From assembly GCA_013265495.1 (NCBI GenBank), contig MU057822.1, forward strand, positions 299,852-363,851: 64,000 nt of DNA. Reading direction: 5' to 3'. The stretch is from Vicugna vicugna. Taxonomy: Eukaryota. The translations under genes and the position numbers were made by a program. The notes under the pieces are model-generated. The model was not told where the DNA came from. It saw only the letters and a list, made by a program, of their open reading frames with translations, and searched no databases. This document shows positions 37,770 to 49,159 of the stretch, piece by piece. Each line of letters starts with the position of its first letter. Position 1 is the first letter of the stretch.

Positions 37770-38570
37770 TTTACTTTTTTTTTTTAGTACATTGTAACAT
37801 TTAAGAGCTGCTTTAACATGTGACTATCTGACCATAAGATCGCATTACTGGGAATCAGGAGTTTCTAGAGTTTAGGAAAGTATAATGTTACTGCCTTTAA
37901 ATGTCCCAGGACGTACCTCCTTTTGTAAATAATCAACATAGTTTGATCTCTGCTGTAAGGTTTGCTTTCAGGAGTGAGCGGCTGCAGGGCCAGCGTTTTT
38001 TGTGGCTTTGGGAGACCAGGCGCTTACTGACATAGCTGTAGTAGAGCGCATGGCATCTTTACTTCCCCTTACAAAGTTTATTTTTGAGTGTGTCATAGGA
38101 GAGGGTTCCAAGGAGGTGGTGGCACCTGTGGACCTGTTCATGTTTGTGTGTTTTGCCCAGCAGTCCTGCTGCATTGCCTGGTAGATGTGGGTGTGAGTGC
38201 CTAAATCTGGGGTTGTAGCAGCTGAAACTGCCATTAAGAAGCCTGTGTGTCATGTGATACCTGGAAGCATCACCACTCTGGCCGGCCAGCAGTTGAGGGA
38301 GATTGGAAATAGGCTCTTGTAAACAAGTATATAAATAGCGTAAAAGCTGTGTTCTAAATGGTTGAACCTTTTCCACTCTAAGGGAGTTAGTAAAATCATT
38401 TCATGAATTTATTGGTGTTTTGTTTCTTCAGTATTATTCCATTCATATCACAAATGCTTAGTGGCAGGCACTTTTCAAGGTGCTAAGGATATGGCAGTGA
38501 AAAAAATTACATTCCTATTTGCATGGAACTTACAGTCTTAGATTGACAGCCTAAGCCTCACATTTTCTTT

Positions 38571-38718
38571 CTTTCTTTTTTTTGGAGGGGGCAGGGGGAG
38601 CAGTTAGGTTTATTTGTTTGTTTGTTTGTTGTTTATTTAATGGAGGTACTAGGGATTGATCCCTGGACCTCGTGCATGCTAGGCATGCATTCTACCACTG
38701 AGCTATCCCCTCCCCTCC
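38571..38718 (-). mobile_element. tRNA-Ala-derived SINE
   Basis: Reverse-complement head. TSD cctc(a/c)cattttcttt at 38556 and 38719. Confidence 0.88.
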
Positions 38719-38929
38719 CCTCCCATTTTCTTTTGAAGTTCTTGTGTAATATTTCTTAAAATTCTGAACAGGTACAACTTAAATTTGGTTAATTATATAA
38801 AAATTTTAGCACATACTGATGAAGATATAGTAGGCATTGTATACCAAGTATTTAAAACTTATTTGGATATGTGAAAATTTTCTTAAATCATACCTTGTTC
38901 AAAAAAATAAAATGTTTTGTGCCTGATAT

Positions 38930-39390
38930 GATATAGAGACACCAGCACAATTGCTTCTGTAGGATTCTTGCCATAAATGCATAACCTCAGTCTAATATGA
39001 GAAAGCATCAGACTAACCCAAATTGAGGAACATTCCAGGGAATGACTGTTTAGTGTTACTCAAATAGGTTAAGGTCATGAAAAACCAGTAAGCTTTAGGA
39101 ACTGTTACAGATTGGAGGAAACTAAGGAGACATGATAACTAAATGCAATGTGGAATCTTCAGTTGAATTCTGGACCATAGAAAGGACATTATTAGGAAAA
39201 CTGGCAAAATTTGTTAAGATCTGTAATTAATTAATAGTATTGTATCAGTCCTAATCACCTGGTTTTAATAATTGTACTATAGTTCTGTAAGATGCTAACT
39301 AATACTAGGGGAAGGTGAGTAAAGGGTATATGGGAACTTTCTACATCTGTTCTGTAAGTCTGAAATTGTTTCAAAATATAAAGATAAAAA
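38930..39390 (+). mobile_element. Old L1MC-type 3' end
   Basis: Motifs aactaaatgcaatgtggaatc and aagggtatatgggaactttcta typical of L1MC 3' ends. Confidence 0.6.
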
Positions 39391-40704
39391 TATAAATTTG
39401 CTTTTTGTTTATTTGATTATGTTAAGTTTACAGATAAGTTTAAAGATGTTGACTGATCAACTGGGAAGAAAAAGAATATAACTTAGTTCAACACAGTGTG
39501 ACAAATCTTGATGCTGGAAGGAGAGCAGGATACTTGTCTATGAAGCAGAGCAGTTTACTTCCTGCTAAATGACTTGTTATAGCCTCTCTATAGCATCTTA
39601 GCAATAGCAGCCGACACCGAGAGGCTCCAGTGCATTAGAATGGCTGTTTTGAAGCTGGTTTCTTGTATGCTTTCTCCAGCAAAGATCTTGTGGTTTCCTG
39701 GCATAAGAGTTTATGGTGAGTCATGCAGCTTTCCTGGAATGTATCCTGGGTCCTGTCAAGCCATTCCAAAGAACAGAAAGCATCTTCCTTCCCTCCTTTT
39801 CAGTCCAATAGGGAAGAATATACACTGAAGCACAGACCTGGGAGGCTGCATTGTGCAGTGGAAGGAGCACAGGTTTTCAGGCTGTGTGCTTAGGTTCACG
39901 GAAGTGCTACAGCAAGCTCACAGGGATAGAGATACTTAACATTTTCAAAAGAAACAGCGGTGTCTGTTGGATACCATGTGAAGCACCAGCTCAAGGTTGT
40001 TCAATTTCAGTATTAGATCATGTTGTGTACCTTTTGATGATGTCCATGGTAGTTTTAAATGTGTCCATATATTATTTGATATTTCTCCCTTCAAAGGTGG
40101 ATCCCAGTTCTCCTCTTAAGTGTGAGATGACTGAATTTGTGGTAGAAATAACATGTTACTTCAGAGATAGGTGCTTAGAAGGCATTGTGACCTCCTCCTT
40201 GCTGTGTCTTTTGGATTGCTCACTTTAGAAGTTAGCAGCTGTGTCATGAGGACACACAAACAGCCTTGTCGCCTCCTGCTAACAGCGAAGGCCCTCTCCC
40301 AGAGATTTTCTTAGAGCTTCAAAAAATCTGTTTTATCTGTGGTCATATTCTCTTACTCAATCCTCACATGGCTTTTGTGCTTTTCTCTCTAATCTTTGGT
40401 TATGCTAAATTTGTCTGTGTGTTGGTTTAAAATAGTCTGTTTTAATAATAATCGTAGTGAATTTTTGTATAGCAGTTACTGTGTGGTGGTAGTTTACAGG
40501 TATTAACTCATTTATCTTTAGAATAACACTTTGAGGTAAGTCCTCTTGTTTACTCCCATCTTGTGCATGAGGACACCGTGAAGCAATATTAAATAACTCC
40601 CTCAAGGTCACACAATAGTAAGTGTCTGAGCTGGGGTTTGAACCCGGTCAATTGGTGCAGAATCCATGTCATTAATCACAGTGCTGTGCTGCCTCCCCCT
40701 TTGG

Positions 40705-43700
40705 GTTTCTTTTTCTTCCAGCTTTATCGAGATATAAAGGAAGTGAAATAAACTGCCCACATTAAAAATGCGCAGTTCGATTAGTTTTGACATAACTGAA
40801 ACCATCACGACATGGAATAACAAACATTTTTATCTCCCTAAAAGTTTCCTCCTGGCTATTTTTATTCCAGCCACATCCCCAGGCAACTACTGATTTGCTT
40901 TCACTCATTGTAGAGTAGTTTGCGTTTTCTAGACTTAATCATAGAGCATGTAGACTCTTTTTTGTCTGGCTTCATTCATGCAGCATAAAGATTCTGAGAT
41001 TCACCCAAAATCTCAGTGTGCTGTGGTTTCAGTTGTTCATTCCTTATTGCTGAGTAGTATTCCATGTATTAATATACCACAATTTGTTTTTTCCTTTACC
41101 TACTGATGGACATTTGTGCTCCATTCAGTTTTTTGCTGTCACACATAAAATTACTATGCTCAGTTGTGTATGTCTTTGTGTAAACATGTGTTCTTGTTTC
41201 TCTTCGGTAAATGTTTAGAGGTGACTATTTAATGTTAAGAAACTACCAAACTGTTTTCCATAATGGGTGTACCATTAGTAGTGTGTGTAAGAGTTCCAGT
41301 GGCTGCACATTCTTACTGACATGTGATATGTTTTTTTGGGTTTTGTTTATATATTAGCCAATCTAGTGGGTGCAGAGTTCATTGTGGTTTTATTTTGCAA
41401 CCTCTGATGAATAATGTTGAGCATTATTTTATGTGTTATTGACCGTTTGTGTTATCTTTTGTGAAGTGTCTGTTCACATTCTTTGCCCTTTTAAAAATTG
41501 GATTGTCGTCTTAGTTTTGAATTTTAAGAAATCTGTATATAATCTGAGTACAAGTGGTTTGTCTGAAAGTGAACATTCTTGCCTTGTTCTTGATTTCACT
41601 GGGAAATGACGAGATCTTTAATTGTTCTATAAACAGATGTTAGTTTTAGGTGTTTTGTAGCTGTACTTTATCAATTTGAATATTCCTAGTGTTTTTTGAG
41701 AAGGTTTATGAACTGATTTTGAATTTTCTTTCTTTTTTATCTTATTGAAATGATTATATAGTTTTTCTTTATTCTAATAAAGTGAATTATATTGATTTTT
41801 TTCAAATGTTAAACTATCCTTGCATTCCTGGGAAAGCCCTACATGCTCATTATATATTGTCCTTTTTATATATATTGTTGGATCCTGTTTGCTAATATTT
41901 CATTAAAGATTTTTACATCAGTAATCATGAGGAATATTGGTATGTAATTTTCTTTTTTTGTAATGTCTTTGTCAGATTTTTCTGTTAGGGTTATATAGGC
42001 TTCATAAAATGAGTTTGGGAGTGATCCTTCATTCTCTGTTTTCTGAAAGTTTGTATGCTTTCTTGAATATTTGACAGAATTCATCATTGACATCATCTGA
42101 GTCTGGGAGTTTCCTTTTTGGGAAATTTTTTGATAAATTTCTTTAATAGACATAAAGATACTCAAGTTTTTTTCTTTCGTGTCAGTCTTCGCAAGTTGTA
42201 TTTTTCAGAAATGTGTCCATTTCATCTAAATTGTAGAATTTGCTGGTATAAGGTTGTGTATAATTTTCTCTTATTATTCTTTTAATGTCTGTAGCAGTAA
42301 CTCCTTTTTCATTCCTGGTATTAGTGATTTATGTTTTCTCTCTTTTACTTCTGATCAGTCCAGATAGACATTTGTCAATTTTATTGATCTTTTCAAATAA
42401 TCAACTTTTGGCTTTATTAATTTTCTCTACTGCTTGTTTTCTGTATTACTGATTTCTGCCTTTATCTTCCTTCTGCTTGCTTTGGATTTTTTTTTTTCAA
42501 GTTTCTAAAAGTGGAACCTTAGGTAATTTATTTTAGATACTATTTTCTAATGTAAGGACTTAAAGCTCTAAGTTTCTCTCTAAGCACTGCTCTAGCTGCA
42601 TTCCTGCAAACTTTGATACGTTGTATTTTCATTGTCATTTAGTTAAGGATGTATTCTAATTTTCCTTTTGATTTATTCTTTGACCCATGAATTATTTAGA
42701 AAAACGTTGCTTAATTTCTAGATATTTGGGGTTTTCCTGGATATTTCATTCTTACTAGTTTCTAATTTAATTCTGTTGTCAGAGAACACATTTTATATGA
42801 TTTTGTGCCTTTTAAATTTATTGAGACTTATTGCTCAGCACCTGGTCTGTCCTGGTGAATATATGTACACTCGAAAAGAAGGTATATTCTGCAGTTGTTG
42901 GATGTAGTGTTCTTTAAATGTCAGTTAGATCAAGGTATTTGATAACATTTTTCAGACTTTCTATATATTTTCTTTTTATGTCTAGTTCTATAAGTTCCTT
43001 AAAGGTGGGTGTTAACATCTCCTGTAATTTCAGAACTCTTAAGTTCTCTCTTTAATTGTCAGTTTTTGCTTCATATATTTTGTGCCTTTGTCATTATACT
43101 CATATACATTTCCAATTATTATTACTTCCTGATGAATAGTGGCTTTTATCATACTGAAATAATTTTTATATCTAGTAAAACTCTATGTCTTGAAGTCTAC
43201 TTTATCTGATATTAATTAGTCACTCCAAACTTCTTATGCTTACTATTTGTATGGTATATCTTTTTCTATTTGTTCACTTTCAACTTATCTGTGTCTTTAT
43301 ATTTAAAGTGTGTCCCTTAGGCAACATATACTGAAGTCTTACTTTTTATCTATTCTCTTTAACTGAAGTGTTTAGACCATAAATATGTAATGTGATTATT
43401 TTAATGACAAAGGCTACTATTTTATTTTTCTGTCAGTTCCCTCTTTTTTCCCTTTGTTCTCATTTTCTTGCCTTTTGGGTAATTTGAGTATTTAGTATTT
43501 CATTTGAGTGTGTCTATTAACTTCTGGGCTTTATCTCTATGTCTTGTTTAGTGGTTGATCTAGGGTGAAGTTCTTCAACCTCAGTGCTATTGATATTTTG
43601 GGCTAGATAATTCTTTGCTGTGGGAGCTGTCCTGTGCATTATAGGATATCTAGCAGTATTCCTGACCTTTCCCCACTCAGTGCCAATAGCACGCCCCCCA

Positions 43701-45430
43701 GTTTTGATTGCCAAAAATATTTCCAGACATTGCCAGATGTCCCTTGAGGGCAAAATTGGCTCTAGTTGAGAACCACTGCTCTAGGGATTACAGGATATAT
43801 GTATAACCTGTTAACAACTTTACTTATCTCATATAAGTAGAATAATAAAGTATTTGTCTGCTTGTGACTAGTTTATTTTACTTAACATGATGATCTCAAA
43901 GTTCATTCATTTTTGTAGGATGTGTCAGAATTCCCTTACTTTTTAGGGCTGAATAGTATTCCACTGTATATATCCATATTTGGTTTATACTTACACCCAC
44001 TTATGGCCATTTGGGTTTCTTGTACCTTTTGGCTATTGTAAATAATGCTGCGGTGAATATTGGTGTACAAATCTCTCTTTAAGATCCCGCTTTCAGTTCT
44101 TTCGGATATATACCCAGAAGTGGAATTGCTGGGTCATATAGTAATTCTATTTTTAGTTTTTGGAGAAACTATTTTCCATAGGGACTGCACCATTTTATAT
44201 TTCCACCAACAGCATACAAGGGTTCCAGTTTCTCCACATCCTCACCAACACACTGTTTGCTGTTTTGTTTTGCTGTCGATAGGGGTTATTCTAGTGCCTG
44301 TGAAGTAATGAGGAGTTGTTTTTTAGTTTGTAGCAGTTTGCTGATATGTCTAAATACAAGTGTCTTCTTGTTTGGATGGAGTACTATGATCCTGAATCTA
44401 AAAACTTATATGTCTGTCACCAAATCAGGAAAATTCTTGACCATTATTTCTTCAAGAATTTTTCTTCCTTGCTCTCTTTTTCTCTCCTTCTGAGACTCCA
44501 ATGACACATAAACTAGACCTTTTGTTACTACTCAATACATCTCTGAGGCTCTCTTCCCTCCCGCCCCCAATCTTTTTCCTCTGTGTTCTTCAGATAGGAT
44601 AAATTCTATTGCTCTGTCTTCAAGTACTGACTTTTTCCACTGCGATTTTCATTCTGCTCATGAGCCCATTGAGTGAGTTTTTATTACATGTATATTGTAT
44701 TTTTCATTTCTATAATTTCTGTTTGTTCTTTTTTATAGTTTAGATGCTGAAATTTTTTATCTTTTGACTTCAAGTGTTTTCCTTTACTTTTGGAGCAGAA
44801 TTATACTAGATGTTTTCAAGTCTTTGATAAAGCAGTTCAATATCTGGGTCATCTTGAAGTTGGAATATGTTGATTGTCTTTCCCTTGAAAAATGGTCATA
44901 TTTTCCAAATATTTCTCTGTTTGAAATGATTTTGGTTTGTATCCTGGACATCGCCTTCATGTTGTTTAGACTCTGGGTCCTGTGTCATCCTCTGGAAAAT
45001 GCTAAATCTCCTTAGGTTGAGATTGCAGGTTCTGTTTCACTTTCTGTGGGTGGTGGTTCAAATATCACTTCAGTTCTTAAAGCTGGGCTGGGACTCTTCC
45101 ATGCATGGTTGGCTCAGAGATGAGCCTGAGGCCTGTGTGGCTTCATACACAGGATTAGGAGATCTCCTCCGGCCCTCCTAGCTCTGGGATTCTCCCCTTA
45201 CCCTTCCATCCCCTTAGGGCTCCCTTTCCTGGTTCATCTGGCCAGAAAGATGGAGTTTTTATTGGAGTCTTAGGCATCCCCATGGCCACCACAGGAGAGT
45301 TGCTCCTGGACAGGTCTACCCTCAGGGCAAAGCCATGAAGAGAAAAAAAATAAAGAAGCTCATCCAGTGCGATTACTTCAAGATTTGCTTTCCCCTGTAG
45401 TTCTATTTTCTGCGTAGAGTTTTTAGCTAT
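40705..45430 (-). mobile_element. Composite of old L1M fragments, interrupted by MER20
   Basis: T-rich antisense L1 sequence. ORF track shows an ORF2-like peptide ([54 protein letters not shown], 41866-42165). Boundaries approximate. Confidence 0.8.
43566..43778 (-). mobile_element. MER20 hAT-Charlie element
   Basis: ccagacattgccagatgtcccttgagggcaaaat...gttgagaaccactg; flanks (a/c)tctaggg resemble an 8-bp TSD. Confidence 0.85.
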
Positions 45431-46655
45431 AATCAGTTAAAATAGGACAGGTTGTCACACTGCCATAACAAAACTAGACCCTCTATCATTTTACTCTTTT
45501 TTGACAGGGCTTGGGGTGTTTTTTGTTGTTGTTGTTTTCCCCAAGAAGTTGTATTTAAAGGTACATCCTTAAATTGGCTAAAGAGGATGTTTTTACTGAT
45601 AAAATATGCAGCATATCATGATTTTTAAATTTTATGAATCAAAAACTTTTCTGTAAAATAGATGAAGAGAAAATAGTTGGAAACTCAAAAGACAACTGAA
45701 CCAGTCATAGTAGGAAATTCAAAACACTTTTCTCAGTTTTGACAGATGGAATAGAGGATTTAAGTAACAAAATTTCCTCAGTATGCTTCACTTACTAGTT
45801 AATTGTGTACAGATAAGTTTATTCCCATTCTTTCCAAATGTCTTATAAAACATATATTTAAAATGAAATCAAAACAGCAACAAAAAAACTAGCTCAAATA
45901 GAAAATCTCAAATTCGCCAAAGCGTGACTTTACACATCCTGGACTATAGTGCAGTTTGAAGTTTGGGTGTAATTTTTCTTTTCATCCTCCCAGTCACAGA
46001 TTTTTTTTTTTTTTCACCAGCTTGAGTGCTGGGCCTGCTGAGGGGGTGACGGCCTCTAGTAGCAAGCATACCCAATGCAGGTCATGGATGGTTTCATTTC
46101 TCACAGTCTGCTCCTTTTCAAGGTAATTCCTGATTTATGGGGTCATCTGACTTTTATAGCCACTTGCTTAAGTAGATTGGAAGGAGATAGCATGATTTGC
46201 CTAAAATTACACAGTTGGAACCATATACTCTCCTTATGGCTCATTGTTCTCTGCCCACCTCACACAGCTGGCTGCTTAGTCTAAGTCTCTGAGACTGAGA
46301 ATAAAATGGATTTATTCTTGGTGTATTTTGGAGATTAAGGGAAGAGTCAGGGCAGGAGTGGGAAAGTTTGGTGATCCCTTGAATCTTAATTTGAAAATTT
46401 GAGGGCTTCCAGGACATCCCTGCTGATGGTGGTTTTTAAGAAAACTATTTAGGTTTTGGTTTATCAGTTGTACAGGTCAAGTTGATTGGTTTGGACAATT
46501 GGGGGTACCGTTATTAAAGGAAACCAGCCAAATTTTAAAACAAAATTAAACTACCACAGAGCAAATGTTTGAGGATAGTGTGGTTGGGGATGTTCTCATC
46601 CTCAGGAATGAGCTCTCTTTCCAAGATAAGGCTGTATGAGGGGAACAAGAGTGCA

Positions 46656-46972
46656 CAGGCATATGCCCCGGAGATACCGCAGATTCCGCCCAGACCACCG
46701 CCGTAAAGCGCAAATGTTGTAATAGAGTGAGTCATGTGAATTCTTTGGTTTCCTGGTGCATATAAACGTTGTTTACACTGTAGTAAATGCATTAGCATTA
46801 TGTCTAAAAACACAATGCATACTTTAATCTAAAAATGCTTTATTGCTAAAAATTTCTAACCATCATATGACAACACAGGGTTGCCATAAACCTTCAGTTT
46901 GTGGGGGAAAAAAAAAACCAAACACATTACCTGCAAAGTGTGATGAAGTGCAGTAAAGTAAGTTCTGCCTAC
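46656..46972 (+). mobile_element. Internally deleted Tigger1-like element
   Basis: caggcata...gagataccgcag...ccagaccaccgc left end and acagggttgcc...aaaccttcagtttgt...tgcct right end. Confidence 0.75.
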
Positions 46973-47582
46973 ACACAGTTTTGGCATTTTTGCCGACTCT
47001 GGACGAATCACATGGCCTACATATATATACATATATTTTTGTTGTTTTTGTTAAGAAACTACTGAGGCATTAAACCCAGTTTACAAAACTAGCTTAGAAT
47101 TTCACTCTTCTAGGATCTAGTACTCTATACTTGAGACTGCTTAGTTGAAGTACATTAAGTAGATTATTTAGATAAGCCCAGTTTGATTTTCATCTGATTT
47201 TAAAATGTTTTCTTTCTTAAGACATTTTAAAAGTGCTATTACTACCTTGACAGGTAAGAGAGAGAAAAAAAAAAACAGACCTTAACCTAATCGTTATTAG
47301 CATTTTTGTGTGTTATTTTTCACTTGGGGTCCGTCCATCCCCCGCCAGTTATGCTTTTTTTTTTTCTTTTTCTTTTTACTAGTGGGCTGTTTTAGAGAAT
47401 GACAGTGAATTAATGTGGTTGCAAGTTAATCAGTAACTTGACATTACTCCCTTCAACCATCTCCTCCCCACTGTAGTTGGAAGACAAAGGGTTAATAAGA
47501 GCTGTTGAATTATTGCCTCACCACTAGATTAATAGGATGTTCCTGGTGCATGTTCCACCTTTATTAGATAATCAAGAACTGA

Positions 47583-47768
47583 GTATAATTTCTTAAACCC
47601 TAGCAAGCATCAAAGTCACATGAAGGACTTGTTAAAACACAAATGCTGGGCCGCACCCTCACAGTTTCTGATTCAGTGGATCTGGGGTGGGCCTGAGGAT
47701 AAGAATTCCTAGCAGGTTCCCAGATGATGCTGATTCTTTTAGCCCTGGACTACCTTTGAGAACCACTG
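47583..47768. mobile_element. MER5A-like hAT MITE
   Basis: cttgttaaaacacaaatgctgggcc...gtttctgattcagtggatctggggtggg...tttgagaaccactg. Confidence 0.8.
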
Positions 47769-48084
47769 GTGTACACCATGATTTTAAGTGGTCCTCTGAC
47801 CATCATTGTCCTTTTTTCTGATTAACCAAGAGTTGATTTTAGTTGAAATCATAGTTTAGATATTTTAATAATTTTCATCCCAAGCATTTTCCCAAGTTGC
47901 TGTAAAATCTTTATTTTAACTTATAAAATTACATAAATAATGCATGCTTTTAAAATAAAAATCAGGGAGGAAATATGCTAAAAGAAAAATTAGTTACAAA
48001 TTCTACAAGGGTCGATAATTTTAATGTATATCCTTCCAGTCTCTCAAAAGATCGATAGACAGACAGACAGACGACAGTCACTCT

Positions 48085-48174
48085 GTCTGTAGCCTTGCCA
48101 CCCTGACTGTCTTCGATCCTGTCTCATCTTGGAGGCCAAGTAGAATTGGACCTGGTTAGTACTTGAATGGGAGA
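48085..48174 (+). pseudogene. 3'-truncated 5S rRNA pseudogene
   Basis: gtctgtagccttgccaccctga...cctggttagtacttgaatgggaga aligns to 5S nt ~1-90 (GTCTACGGCCATACCACCCTGA...CCTGGTTAGTACTTGGATGGGAGA) with heavy CpG decay; the last ~30 nt are missing. Confidence 0.9.
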
Positions 48175-49023
48175 GAGACAAAACTATGTATATGTTGTGG
48201 GGGTGTGTGTGAATGTATACACATTCAGGCACAAATATGTTTTAACAAAAAAATGAGATAATTTAATACCTATATTTTTAGCCACTTATTTTTTTATTCG
48301 CTATATAGTGAGTATCTTTTTTATTGACTATAGATTTAGTTAATTTTAGTTGTTGTAGAATTTTATAGTATATTCTGTCATTTAATTAATTAGTTCTCCA
48401 TTGTTGGACTAGTAAGAGTTTTGCTCCAGTTTTTCATTATTAAAAATAATACTGCATTGACTATCTTGTATTTCTCTATGTTTGCTCAGCTGTTTCCTTA
48501 GGATAATAATCTACATGTATAATTTCTGTGTAAAAGGTTTTGCACTTTTAAGAGTCTTTGCTAGTCTGAGAGGTAAAAAAAATGTGTGGTAGTTTAAATT
48601 TGCATTTAGTTGTTGGTAAGATTCTTTTGGCCATTTTATTTACCTTTGTGAATTAACTGTTTATATCCATTTTCCATATTTCCACTGGATGTTCATCTTT
48701 TCATTTTTAATTGTTAAGATCTTTTTATTAGAATGTAAACTCTGTCATATGTTTAAAATATTTTCCCCCAGTTTTTACTTTATACATCTTTACTAAAATT
48801 TCATTTCCCCTACCTACAGCCCCTCGCAAAACTTTGTAACACTTTTCTGGAGTCAGATGGTACCCAGAATACTTAATCACTGTTTTTAACGACTGTGTGA
48901 TATTTCTTTGAGTTGGGTGTACCAGAATTTATTAGCCTCAACTTTTAGGGGTCCTCAAGAAGGTCTAAGTATGTCATCTGTGCTTTGTTTTTGAACTTTT
49001 TTGTACTTTTTTTCTTTAACCAG

Positions 49024-49159
49024 ATGCTAACCCTGAGGTGACAATGACAATGCTTCGCTGGATCTATACGGATGAATTGGAGTTCAGAGAAGATGATGTG
49101 TTCCTGACTGAGTTGATGAAACTAGCTAATCGGTTTCAGCTACAGCTCCTTAGGGAGAG
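49024..49159 (+). CDS. ANKFY1: ANKFY1 exon 4 (BTB), ends at a GC donor
   Basis: tttaaccAG|ATGCTAAC...GGGAGAG|GCAAGT; 136 nt; DANPEVTMTMLRWIYTDELEFREDDVFLTELMKLANRFQLQLLRER. Only the GC donor joins in frame to exon 5 (AG+G = Arg). Confidence 0.95.
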
